A model generated the notes under the pieces. That model was given only the letters and a program-made list of their open reading frames with translations. It did no database searches and was not told the origin of the DNA. Positions 1 through 8,834 of a stretch of DNA of 64,000 bases are shown here, in pieces. The stretch is taken from the NCBI RefSeq assembly GCF_048263735.1, contig NZ_JBLXDX010000007.1, positions 5,146-69,145 of the forward strand. Direction: 5' to 3'. Source of the DNA: Pseudidiomarina aestuarii. GTDB taxonomy: Bacteria > Pseudomonadota > Gammaproteobacteria > Enterobacterales > Alteromonadaceae. Each line of letters opens with the position of its first letter. Position 1 is the first letter of the stretch. The translations under genes and the position numbers were made by a program.

Positions 1-1
1 G

Positions 2-85
2 CAGATCGAACTCGATGACGTGGATGGCTTGTACTCTGATCTCTCGTTTAAAGGCCCATATCTCGGCCTCGAAATCCATTTCTAA
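2..85 (+). CDS. 3' end of an outer-membrane beta-barrel protein, probably TIGR04219 family (partial, runs off the left edge; not in ORF track)
   Basis: Frame 2 reads QIELDDVDGLYSDLSFKGPYLGLEIHF then TAA at 83-85. Alternating final beta-strand ending in Phe is the BAM signature. The family call rests on recalled similarity and DUF3299 adjacency. Confidence 0.65.
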   Translation, partial: QIELDDVDGLYSDLSFKGPYLGLEIHF

Positions 86-105
86 GTGACTGCTGAGTTG
101 ACGCC

Positions 106-597
106 CTAGTAATAGGGCGTCACTGTCACTGCATCCATGGTGTAACCCACCACTGCAATATCACCTTCTTTGCGTTCCACACTCAAAGTGCCTTCAACCC
201 AAACCGCATCAAACGTATTTTCGTACGGAACGCCGTCTGGAAAGTCGACTTCGATGATTTGATTCGGTGGTGGCGGTGGCACATGAATGCAAGCGCCAAA
301 ATAGGGGACTAACAGGAATTGTGTAACCTTGGTCGCGTCGCCTTCCAACTGTACGACATACCCTGGAATTTTGACCTTTTTATTGTGCAGTGCTTCGACT
401 ACGGGTGCATCGAGCTCCGGCTGATTCGCTAACTCCGGATTGGCGTCATAAAATGCCTGACTGCGCACAGGTGGTGGCTTGTAACCCTCTGGAATAAGCT
501 CTTTCCACGGTGTATTTACGTACTCTTCTGCCTGCACCATAGGGCTGCCAATTAAGAGGCTCGTCAAGGTGATTACAAGAACTGCAAAACGCTTCAT
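106..597 (-). CDS. DUF3299 family exported protein (ZrgD-like)
   Basis: Signal peptide MKRFAVLVITLTSLLIGSPMVQA; motif FLLVPYFGACIHVPPPPPNQII. ATG at 597 overlaps the permease stop (ATGA); the longer ORF from 759 is an unlikely extension. Confidence 0.85.
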   Translation of the reverse strand: MKRFAVLVITLTSLLIGSPMVQAEEYVNTPWKELIPEGYKPPPVRSQAFYDANPELANQPELDAPVVEALHNKKVKIPGYVVQLEGDATKVTQFLLVPYFGACIHVPPPPPNQIIEVDFPDGVPYENTFDAVWVEGTLSVERKEGDIAVVGYTMDAVTVTPYY

Positions 598-1865
598 AAT
601 TTTACCGTTAATCCATCTGCTAATGCGTTGCGATAAGCTCGCCACGCGGGAATGAAACTCATCAAAATGGCGGCGCCCAGAATAAGTCCTAAGTACAGCC
701 ACTCGGTGCTGCTTAACCAACTTGGGCTGACAACGAACCCTAAGGTTGCTTGGAACCAAGGTGCTGCAATCGCAAGCACTGTAAACAAGAGGCCGACGCC
801 AACACTGACCCCAACCGCGGTCAATACCACCGCCTCACTGACCAACAAACCAAATAACGTGGCTGGTCCTGCGCCTAATGACCGTAAGACCGCCATTTCA
901 CGACGACGTTCACGTAAACTGGCGAGCAAAGTGGTGAGCATACCGAATAGTCCGGTAATGACCACCAACACAGAAATGATCAATAAAGCCCGTTCGAACA
1001 ATTGCAGTGTTCGCCAGAACTCTTGTAGCGCAAGCCCGGGCATGATGGCAGTAAGTGGCTCACCCTGATAGGTATTGATATCACGTACTAATCGCAATGC
1101 CATGGGCTTGGACTCCAGTCCAATGAGCACCGCACTCAAGGTATAGACCGGCGGTTCTGCGTTGGCTGAAGCCGAATGCTCATGATCATGAGCATGTTCG
1201 TGCTCGTGCTCGTGTTCATCTGCCGCCGGCTGATATTCCCCATGCACCAGACCGAGTCCGGACAAAGGTATATAGACAGCTTGATCAATGGGCGTACCGG
1301 TTCGCGCTAAGACGCCTTGAATTTGGAACGGATGGTCATCGTGATCCGAGAAGCTCATGCCGCCACTACCATGCGACACCGTCATCGGGTCACCAACGTC
1401 GAGGCCAAGCTTGTCTGCAACATCAGCGCCAAGAACGGCTGTATCTAACACAGAGAAGGGAGAACCTGCGGCGAACTCAAGGTTTTGCTGCTGCCCGTAC
1501 TGGAAGTGCTGAAACCAATCGGTATTGGTAGCGACAACAGGGAAACCACGCACACTATCACCCATCGCCATGGGAATAGTCCATGCCACTCCAGGTAACT
1601 GTTGTAGGTGCTGATAACTATTCCAACTGAGCGTGTTGGTGAGTGCGCCAATATGAAACACGCTGCTTAAGAGTAACTGGGTCGAGCCAGTGCGGGCGCC
1701 AACAATCAGGTCTGTGCCGCTAATGGTATTCGCGAAGTTCTGCTGCGCTTGCACTCGAACACGTTCAACACCCAGCAATAAAATGGTGCTGATAGCGATG
1801 GAGAAAACCGTTAACCATGCCGTGGTCCGGCGGTTCCAGAGGCTCGCGAGTGCTAATTTAAACAT
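594..1865 (-). CDS. ABC transporter permease, MacB/FtsX type (ZrgC-like), with His-rich periplasmic insert
   Basis: MFKLALASLWNRR start, TM1, large periplasmic domain, ERRREMAVLRSLGA motif, three C-terminal TMs. Start at 1865 overlaps the ATPase stop. Confidence 0.85.
   Translation of the reverse strand: MFKLALASLWNRRTTAWLTVFSIAISTILLLGVERVRVQAQQNFANTISGTDLIVGARTGSTQLLLSSVFHIGALTNTLSWNSYQHLQQLPGVAWTIPMAMGDSVRGFPVVATNTDWFQHFQYGQQQNLEFAAGSPFSVLDTAVLGADVADKLGLDVGDPMTVSHGSGGMSFSDHDDHPFQIQGVLARTGTPIDQAVYIPLSGLGLVHGEYQPAADEHEHEHEHAHDHEHSASANAEPPVYTLSAVLIGLESKPMALRLVRDINTYQGEPLTAIMPGLALQEFWRTLQLFERALLIISVLVVITGLFGMLTTLLASLRERRREMAVLRSLGAGPATLFGLLVSEAVVLTAVGVSVGVGLLFTVLAIAAPWFQATLGFVVSPSWLSSTEWLYLGLILGAAILMSFIPAWRAYRNALADGLTVKL
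1176..1220 (-). repeat. Low-complexity His/Glu/Asp repeat (DEHEHEHEHAHDHEH) inside the permease
   Basis: Degenerate hexamer repeats (tgctcg/tgttcg on +) encoding an HE repeat. Confidence 0.9.
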
Positions 1866-2574
1866 CGGCATCTCCCCGCTGAGCTGCTGTGTTGAGCTCA
1901 CTTAGTTCAACAACCTGCGGGAACTGCGTGGCTAGGGTAGCGTCATGAGTCACGAACAATAAGGTACTACCTTGCTCAGCGCATTCTTGAAACAACAGGT
2001 TGATGAATTCGTTGCGATGACTTTCGTCGAGTGCTGAGGTGGGCTCATCGGCAATAATCAAAGCAGGAGCCCCCAGCAATGCTCGTGCAGCTGCCACCCG
2101 TTGCTGTTGACCAACGCTCAGTGTCTGCGCCGACTGCTGTTGTTGCGCGCGCGTTAAGCCCAAATGATTCAATAAGGTTGTCGCCGCTTCGGCAACGGTT
2201 TGTCCACGTTGTGCAATACGTTGCCGACGTGCTGGAGCAAACTGCACGGCGAGCTCAACGTTTTGTTGTGCCGATAGATAGGGGAGTAAATTAAATTGCT
2301 GAAAAATGTAGCCAATCTCATTAGCTCGGAGACGGTCGCGCTGACGTTGGCTTAGAGTGCCTAGATCATGATCCAACACCTTGATGTGCCCACTTGATGC
2401 CGAGTGAATCCCTGCAATCAAACTCAACAATGTTGATTTACCAGAGCCACTGGCGCCGCGCACTAGTACCCGTTCGCCTTTATTCACTGACCATTGTGGG
2501 ATGGCCAGAACAGGCTGCTGCGCGCCAGGCCACGCAAAGGTTAACCCATCGATGGCAACGCAGCAGTCTGACAT
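1858..2574 (-). CDS. ABC transporter ATP-binding protein, LolD/MacB type (ZrgB-like)
   Basis: Walker A GASGSGKST, signature LSVGQQQRVAAARAL, Walker B IIADEPT, H-loop FVTHD. ATG at 2574 lies 4 nt after the ppa stop. Confidence 0.9.
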   Translation of the reverse strand: MSDCCVAIDGLTFAWPGAQQPVLAIPQWSVNKGERVLVRGASGSGKSTLLSLIAGIHSASSGHIKVLDHDLGTLSQRQRDRLRANEIGYIFQQFNLLPYLSAQQNVELAVQFAPARRQRIAQRGQTVAEAATTLLNHLGLTRAQQQQSAQTLSVGQQQRVAAARALLGAPALIIADEPTSALDESHRNEFINLLFQECAEQGSTLLFVTHDATLATQFPQVVELSELNTAAQRGDADV

Positions 2575-2578
2575 CGTT

Positions 2579-3109
2579 TTATTTCGCTTGTGCGCGGTCA
2601 AACGATGATTGGATTTCTTCTTTGGCGTCGTTGATATCGCCCCAGCCTTCAACTTTCACCCACTTGCCTTTTTCCAGCTCTTTGTAACGCTCGAAGAAGT
2701 GTGTGATTTGCGCTTTCAGCAACTCAGGGAGATCGTTCACATCTTTAATGTGGTCATACTCTTTCGTCAGGCTGCTTACTGGTACGCCAATCACTTTCGC
2801 GTCTTCGCCTTTTTCGTCGGTCATTTTCAATACGCCAACAGGACGAACGGTGATCACAGAACCAGCTTGTAATGGATAAGGCGTTGGAACCAATACGTCC
2901 ACTGGGTCGCCATCGAGTGACAAGGTATCGTTTACATAGCCGTAGTTAGCTGGGTAAAACATTGGCGTCGACATAAAGCGATCAACCCACAATGCACCTG
3001 AGTCTTTGTCGACTTCATACTTGATGGGCGCTGCATTAGCAGGGATTTCGATGATCACGTTCACTTCGTCAGGCAGGTTTTTGCCTGCGGGTACCTTATT
3101 CAAGCTCAT
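2579..3109 (-). CDS. ppa: Inorganic pyrophosphatase, family I
   Basis: YPANYGY and DGDPVDVL motifs; 176 aa; N-terminus [18 protein letters not shown]. Confidence 0.97.
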   Translation of the reverse strand: MSLNKVPAGKNLPDEVNVIIEIPANAAPIKYEVDKDSGALWVDRFMSTPMFYPANYGYVNDTLSLDGDPVDVLVPTPYPLQAGSVITVRPVGVLKMTDEKGEDAKVIGVPVSSLTKEYDHIKDVNDLPELLKAQITHFFERYKELEKGKWVKVEGWGDINDAKEEIQSSFDRAQAK

Positions 3110-3161
3110 GATGGTTCCTGTTTATTAAACTTGGTAACTAATGAAATAAAAATTGGTCGCT

Positions 3162-3190
3162 ATTATATCTCTGGAGCGCGCTATTGCGAA
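3162..3190 (-). promoter_or_regulatory. Candidate sigma70 promoter for ppa and the downstream ABC module
   Basis: Minus strand TTCGCA (3190-3185), 17-nt spacer, perfect TATAAT (3167-3162). Confidence 0.55.
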
Positions 3191-4155
3191 CCCTTTAAGT
3201 ATTGTAAGCAAGTGGTTACTTCGTCGCGAGAGCCCAAGATAACGCCACAACGCTGATGAATATCGGTTGGCTGAATATCGAGTATTCGCCCTTCGCCACA
3301 ATCTGCCAGTCCGCCCGCTTGCTCCACCAACCATGCCATTGGATTACCCTCATACATTAAGCGTAACTTATAAGGCTTATTGGCTTTGCGACTATCCCAT
3401 GGATAGCTAAAGAACCCACCGCGAGTTAACACTCGATGCACATCGGCAACCATTGCAGCAACCCAACGCATATTAAAGTCTTTCTCGCGCGGTCCTGCTT
3501 TGCCGAGCAACAAATCATCGATATAGCGACGCATTTCTGGCTGCCAATGTCTGTGATTCGACATGTTAATCGCAAACTCGGTGGTCGTTTCGGAAATAGT
3601 GACATCGGCTTCGGTCAGCAAAAATTCACCTACGGTTTGGTCGAGAGTGAACATTTTCACGCCTCTACCCGTGGTGAATACCAGCATGGTACGTGGGCCA
3701 TACAAAATATAGCCTGCTGCCACTTGGTTTGAGCCGGGCTGTAGAAACATATCGACGTCGGCACCGGCCTCAGCGGGTGCCGGTAAGACTGAGAAAATAG
3801 TCCCGACCATCGAGTTGATATCTATATTGGAGCTGCCGTCGAGAGGATCGAATGCCACTAGGTAACGACCATCGAGAGTTCCACTGACAATACCTTCCTC
3901 TTCTTCAGAGGCAACTGCACGTACGTGCTTACACTCCAGCAAGATATCTTTCAGGAGTTGGTTGGCCAAAACGTCCAGTTTCTTTTGCGTTTCCCCTTGG
4001 ATATTTTCATCTAAAGTGGAGCCAAGAACGCCGGCAAGCTTACCTTGACCGCAGCGGAAAGAGATTTCTTTGGCACAAATTTGCAGGGTATTGATGACAG
4101 AAATTAAGGCTTCGTCAACCTGGTCGTTGCGCAGTGTCGGAATTAGGCGCTGCAT
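3181..4155 (-). CDS. fbp: Fructose-1,6-bisphosphatase class 1
   Basis: [22 protein letters not shown] and [11 protein letters not shown] motifs; SD GAGG before ATG 4155. Confidence 0.96.
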   Translation of the reverse strand: MQRLIPTLRNDQVDEALISVINTLQICAKEISFRCGQGKLAGVLGSTLDENIQGETQKKLDVLANQLLKDILLECKHVRAVASEEEEGIVSGTLDGRYLVAFDPLDGSSNIDINSMVGTIFSVLPAPAEAGADVDMFLQPGSNQVAAGYILYGPRTMLVFTTGRGVKMFTLDQTVGEFLLTEADVTISETTTEFAINMSNHRHWQPEMRRYIDDLLLGKAGPREKDFNMRWVAAMVADVHRVLTRGGFFSYPWDSRKANKPYKLRLMYEGNPMAWLVEQAGGLADCGEGRILDIQPTDIHQRCGVILGSRDEVTTCLQYLKGSQ

Positions 4156-4290
4156 ATAACCCTCATGCTTACGTTCTGAAATGGATGACCACGACGGCGT
4201 GTTCATGTTTGGGTATTCGAAAAACGCGCGTAAGTTTACCGCAATTTTCAGCAAAATGCCTGTCCTGAATCTTACGGAATTCAGACTGCA

Positions 4291-4299
4291 TGCTACACT
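4291..4299 (+). promoter_or_regulatory. Candidate extended -10 promoter for mpl
   Basis: TG-C-TACACT about 70 nt upstream of the mpl ATG. Confidence 0.4.
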
Positions 4300-4371
4300 A
4301 AGGCAATTTTTCAGCGCTCTGGATTCCTAATGGCAGCGCAATAGGCCTCGTAGAAGGATTTTTGACTCACC

Positions 4372-5718
4372 ATGCATATTCATATTCTTGGCATTTGCGG
4401 CACTTTTATGGGTGGTATCGCAGCATTGGCAAAAGCATCCGGGCACCATGTGACGGGTAGTGATGCGCAAGTGTATCCACCGATGAGCGACCAACTGCGC
4501 AGCTTAGGCATTGAACTCTATGAGGGCTATGACGCCGAGCAGTTTAAGCCGCGCCCCGATTTGGTGATTGTTGGCAATGCCTTGAGTCGTGGCAATGCGG
4601 CGGTGGAAGCGATGCTCAACCAGCGCATTCCATACGTTTCCGGCGCGCAGTGGTTGCATGACGAAATCTTGCAACATAAATGGGTGCTAGCGGTAGCCGG
4701 AACACACGGCAAAACCACCACGTCCAGCATGCTCGCTTGGCTATTGGAATATGCGGGCCTTGAGCCAAGTTTTATTATTGGCGGCGTGCTGCCTAACTTT
4801 AATGCGTCGGCACGGCTGACTACGAGTAACTTTTTTGTCATTGAGGCCGATGAATACGACACCGCCTTTTTCGACAAACGCTCTAAGTTTGTGCACTACT
4901 GCCCGTCTACGTTGATCTTGAACAACCTTGAGTATGATCACGCGGATATCTTTCCAGACCTCGCGGCCATTCAAAAGCAATTCCATCATTTGTTGCGCAT
5001 CGTCCCCGGCTATGGGCAAGTGCTGGTGCCGAAACAGGATCAAGCCATCAGCGACGTGCTGAAAATGGGCTGTTGGAGTGACTTGGCGACGGTAGGGGAA
5101 CAGGGTGACTGGTCGGCGCAACTCATTCATGCGGACGGCAGCGCCTTCGATGTGCTGTACCAAGGGCAAGTGCAGGGACGAGTAAACTGGTCATTGATTG
5201 GTTTGCATAATGTGAACAACGCCTTGATGGCGATTGCTGCTTCACACCATGTTGGCGTACCATGCGCGACAGCTTGTGTCGGGCTCAGTGCCTTTCAAAC
5301 ACCGAAACGACGTCTCGAAGTAAAAGGATGTGTGAATCAAATCACCGTTTATGATGATTTTGCTCATCATCCAACTGCTATTGCTACTACCCTCGATGGG
5401 TTGCGAAGAAAAGTCGGTACGGCTCGTATTGTAGCGGTATTGGAACCGCGCTCGAATACGATGAAACTCGGTGTCCACAAAGATACCCTCGCAGACTCGC
5501 TAGGGGCGGCAGATGCAGTCCTGGTTCTGCAGCCTGACGGCAGCTCGTGGCAATTTGGTCAGGCCGTTCCGCAGGCTTTTGTGGGACACTCGGTGGATGA
5601 ACTTCTCGAAGAACTCGCGCGTATCCTGCAACCACATGATCATGTCTTGCTGATGAGTAACGGTGGTTTTGGTAATATTCACCAACGGTTACTTGAGCAA
5701 CTTCAACTACAGGAATAA
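4372..5718 (+). CDS. mpl: Murein tripeptide ligase (UDP-MurNAc:L-Ala-gamma-D-Glu-mDAP ligase)
   Basis: [39 protein letters not shown] and [10 protein letters not shown] motifs. Confidence 0.97.
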   Translation: MHIHILGICGTFMGGIAALAKASGHHVTGSDAQVYPPMSDQLRSLGIELYEGYDAEQFKPRPDLVIVGNALSRGNAAVEAMLNQRIPYVSGAQWLHDEILQHKWVLAVAGTHGKTTTSSMLAWLLEYAGLEPSFIIGGVLPNFNASARLTTSNFFVIEADEYDTAFFDKRSKFVHYCPSTLILNNLEYDHADIFPDLAAIQKQFHHLLRIVPGYGQVLVPKQDQAISDVLKMGCWSDLATVGEQGDWSAQLIHADGSAFDVLYQGQVQGRVNWSLIGLHNVNNALMAIAASHHVGVPCATACVGLSAFQTPKRRLEVKGCVNQITVYDDFAHHPTAIATTLDGLRRKVGTARIVAVLEPRSNTMKLGVHKDTLADSLGAADAVLVLQPDGSSWQFGQAVPQAFVGHSVDELLEELARILQPHDHVLLMSNGGFGNIHQRLLEQLQLQE

Positions 5719-5723
5719 CCATC

Positions 5724-6335
5724 ATGGCAGCCATAACTGTCGCAGTAACCGGCGCATCCGGTGCGCCTTATGCGGTGCGACTTATCGAGTGCTTATTGGC
5801 GCAACAACAGGAAGTGCATGTATTGATGTCGAGCGCGGCGCGCGTAGTCTTCGCTACCGAGATTAATTGGCAGCTACCGGCAGCTCCAGCGGCACAAGCT
5901 CAAGCGATGCGTGAGCACTTTCAGGTCAGTGCCGAACAACTACACGTGTATGGCAAAGAAGAGTGGTTTTCACCGGTCGCATCTGGTTCTGCGGCGCCCA
6001 AAAGAATGGTCGTTTGCCCCTGTTCCACTGGCACACTGTCAGCGATTGCCAGTGGTGCTAGTGATAATTTGATTGAGCGTGCAGCTGACGTGATTCTGAA
6101 AGAACGCGGACAACTCATTTTAGTACCAAGAGAAATGCCGCTCTCCGCCATTCACCTTGAGAACATGTTAAAATTGGCGCGATTAGGCGTCACCATCATG
6201 CCAGCGGCTCCTGGTTTTTATCATCAACCGCAAAGTATTGCCGATTTAGTTGATTTTGTCGTGGCGCGCGTGCTCGACCATTTAGGTCTGGAGCAAACAA
6301 TTCAGCCCCGTTGGGGCTACGGAAAGGAGCAGTAA
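5724..6335 (+). CDS. ubiX: Flavin prenyltransferase UbiX
   Basis: [26 protein letters not shown] and MPAAPGFY motifs. Confidence 0.95.
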   Translation: MAAITVAVTGASGAPYAVRLIECLLAQQQEVHVLMSSAARVVFATEINWQLPAAPAAQAQAMREHFQVSAEQLHVYGKEEWFSPVASGSAAPKRMVVCPCSTGTLSAIASGASDNLIERAADVILKERGQLILVPREMPLSAIHLENMLKLARLGVTIMPAAPGFYHQPQSIADLVDFVVARVLDHLGLEQTIQPRWGYGKEQ

Positions 6336-6341
6336 GCACAC

Positions 6342-7319
6342 ATGAAAGCATTATCGATTCGTGGGTTGCGGAAAACCTACAAAGGTGGCTTTGAAGCGCT
6401 GAAAGGTATCGACCTTGACGTGAACGAAGGCGACTTTTTTGCATTACTCGGACCCAATGGCGCAGGGAAGTCGACCACTATTGGTGTCATCGCATCGCTG
6501 GTGAACAAAACTGCCGGCAGTGTAAGCGTATTTGGCTATGACTTGGATACGCAGTTGGTCGATCTCAAACGTCAAATTGGTCTAGTGCCACAAGAGTTTA
6601 ATTTCAATCAGTTTGAAACGGTCCGCCAAATTGTGGTGAACCAAGCCGGGTATTACGGTGTAGCGCGTTCGGTCGCGATGGAGCGTTCAGAAAAGTACCT
6701 CAAGCAATTAGGCTTGTGGGATAAGCGCAATTCAGCGGCACGCATGTTGTCTGGCGGTATGAAACGTCGCTTAATGATTGCCCGCGCACTGCTACATGAA
6801 CCAAAGTTATTGATTTTAGATGAGCCGACTGCAGGTGTTGATATCGAGTTACGCCGCAGCATGTGGGACTACCTCGAGCAGATAAACAAGCAGGGTATCA
6901 CCATCATTTTGACGACACACTATCTGGAAGAAGCAGAAACCTTGTGCCGCAACATCGCCATTATTGATTCGGGTGAGATTGTCGAAAACACTTCGATTAA
7001 ACGATTACTCGCGACGCTGAACATGGAAACGTTCGTGCTGGATCTTGAATTCGACGGTATCAAGGTTGAAGACATCACCCTAGACGGCTTCAACCATAAG
7101 GTCACGGACGAACACACTATTGAAGTGGATGTTGAGAAGAGCCAAGGCTTGAATAAAGTCTTTGAGCAGCTATCAGCGCAGCAAGTGAAAGTAATGTCGA
7201 TGCGCAACAAGGCCAATCGACTCGAGGAACTGTTCGTGAAGATGGTGGAGAAAGGACGCGAAACGACAGCAGCAAATACGGCAGCGAAAAAAGCAGCACA
7301 AGCAGGAGCGGCATCATGA
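6342..7319 (+). CDS. yadG: ABC-2 type transporter ATP-binding protein (YadG-like)
   Basis: GPNGAGKST, LSGGMKRR, LDEPTAGVD; C-terminal NKANRLEELF motif. Confidence 0.9.
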   Translation: MKALSIRGLRKTYKGGFEALKGIDLDVNEGDFFALLGPNGAGKSTTIGVIASLVNKTAGSVSVFGYDLDTQLVDLKRQIGLVPQEFNFNQFETVRQIVVNQAGYYGVARSVAMERSEKYLKQLGLWDKRNSAARMLSGGMKRRLMIARALLHEPKLLILDEPTAGVDIELRRSMWDYLEQINKQGITIILTTHYLEEAETLCRNIAIIDSGEIVENTSIKRLLATLNMETFVLDLEFDGIKVEDITLDGFNHKVTDEHTIEVDVEKSQGLNKVFEQLSAQQVKVMSMRNKANRLEELFVKMVEKGRETTAANTAAKKAAQAGAAS

Positions 7320-8092
7320 GCAGTGGCTACAACTACACCGCGTTAAAAACCATTTGGATTAAAGAGTGCACTCGGTTCCTCCGTATTTGGGTGCAAACCC
7401 TCGTGCCTCCTGCAATTACCATGACGCTGTACTTCGTGATTTTCGGTAGCATTGTGGGTGAGCGCATTGGCGAAATGGGTGGTCGGCCGTACATGGAATT
7501 CATCGTGCCTGGTTTGATTATGATGTCTATTATCACCAACTCCTATTCCAATGTGGCTTCGTCGTTCTTTAGCGCCAAATTTCAGCGCAACATCGAAGAA
7601 ATGTTGGTCGCGCCAGTGTCGACTTCGGTCATTATTGTTGGTTATGTCGGTGGTGGGTTGGCGCGTGCATTAATCGTTGCCGTGATCGTGACTTTGGTCT
7701 CGTTCTTGTTTGTCGAGAACGTGCAAATCCATCATGCGGGCATTTTGCTACTGACGGTTATCCTGACCTCTACGTTGTTCTCATTGGGTGGTCTGGTGAA
7801 CGCTGTGTTTGCCAAAACTTTTGATGATATTTCGATTGTACCGACCTTTGTCCTGACACCTCTAACCTATTTGGGTGGGGTATTCTTCAGCATTGGCTTG
7901 CTGCCGGGAATTTGGGAGAGCGTTGCTCAGTTCAACCCCGTGTTGTACATGGTGAATGCGTTTCGTTATGGCTTCCTCGGTATTTCTGACGTCAACATTA
8001 CTTTAGCGATGGGCGTCATCGTTGGGTTTAACGTACTGTTCTTCGTGACCGCGTATACATTATTGCAGCGTGGTACGGGAATTCGCTCGTGA
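7316..8092 (+). CDS. yadH: ABC-2 type transporter permease (YadH-like)
   Basis: RFLRIWVQTLVPPAIT, YMEFIVPGLIMM and PLTYLGGVF motifs; ATGA overlap with yadG. Confidence 0.92.
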   Translation: MSSGYNYTALKTIWIKECTRFLRIWVQTLVPPAITMTLYFVIFGSIVGERIGEMGGRPYMEFIVPGLIMMSIITNSYSNVASSFFSAKFQRNIEEMLVAPVSTSVIIVGYVGGGLARALIVAVIVTLVSFLFVENVQIHHAGILLLTVILTSTLFSLGGLVNAVFAKTFDDISIVPTFVLTPLTYLGGVFFSIGLLPGIWESVAQFNPVLYMVNAFRYGFLGISDVNITLAMGVIVGFNVLFFVTAYTLLQRGTGIRS

Positions 8093-8793
8093 ATGTTGAG
8101 TCTCGAGCGGTAACGACCAATCAAAATGGCAACCATGAGGACCTCACCACTATTGTGATGCGGCACCTCCGGTCGCCATTTCGGAAGCCCATTCAGGAGC
8201 ACAATCGAGAAGCGTTCGCGCAAGTTCAGAAGCTGGTTGCAGACTGGACGGGGCCCATTATTCTCGACTCCTGCTGTGGCGTTGGCGAGAGTACGGCATG
8301 GTTAGCCGAGCAATATCCGGATGCGCTGGTTATTGGGGTCGACAAGTCATCCCATCGGCTGGCGCGTCATGCGCATTATGAAACCGCTGGGGCTGGGCAA
8401 CAGTACGTTTTAGTGCGTGCTGATTTAAATGATTTTTGGCGCTTGGCTGTAGAAGCCAACTGGCAGTTGCATAAGCACTATATTCTGTACCCGAATCCGT
8501 GGCCAAAAGCGGCGCACCTGTCACGGCGCTGGCATGGCAGCCCAGTCTGGCCTTATGTCATTGCGCTCGGTGGTGAGCTGGTAATGCGCTCAAATTGGAG
8601 CATTTACTTAACTGAAGTGGCGAGTAGTTTAGCTATTGTTAACTGCGCCGCGGCGGTGCAGCCGTTGTTACTAACGCATCAACCGATCACGCCGTTTGAG
8701 CGTAAATACCAACGCAGTAAACAACTGCTATGGGAATTACGCGCACATTTGCCGGAAGATGGTCGCTATTTTCCTGCAATCGAGGCAGAATAG
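8089..8793 (+). CDS. TrmB-like SAM-dependent methyltransferase (divergent paralogue)
   Basis: SAM-binding ILDSCCGVGES, IGVDKS, YPNPWPK and TPFERKY motifs; GTG start overlaps the yadH TGA. Confidence 0.75.
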   Translation: MNVESRAVTTNQNGNHEDLTTIVMRHLRSPFRKPIQEHNREAFAQVQKLVADWTGPIILDSCCGVGESTAWLAEQYPDALVIGVDKSSHRLARHAHYETAGAGQQYVLVRADLNDFWRLAVEANWQLHKHYILYPNPWPKAAHLSRRWHGSPVWPYVIALGGELVMRSNWSIYLTEVASSLAIVNCAAAVQPLLLTHQPITPFERKYQRSKQLLWELRAHLPEDGRYFPAIEAE

Positions 8794-8834
8794 TCGGCTC
8801 GATTGATGGCACCGAACCACATAAGGAATATGGC

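Noticed and set aside
3110-3180. Zur box upstream of ppa and the Zrg-like module
   Set aside because: The region is AT-rich but has no TGTTAT-N-ATAACA-type palindrome.
4235-4245. TTTACCGCAA shared between the fbp and tkt upstream regions (also resembling the TTTACGCAAT arm after fba)
   Set aside because: It is short and non-palindromic, and similar words occur inside coding genes (e.g. murU), so chance cannot be excluded by eye.
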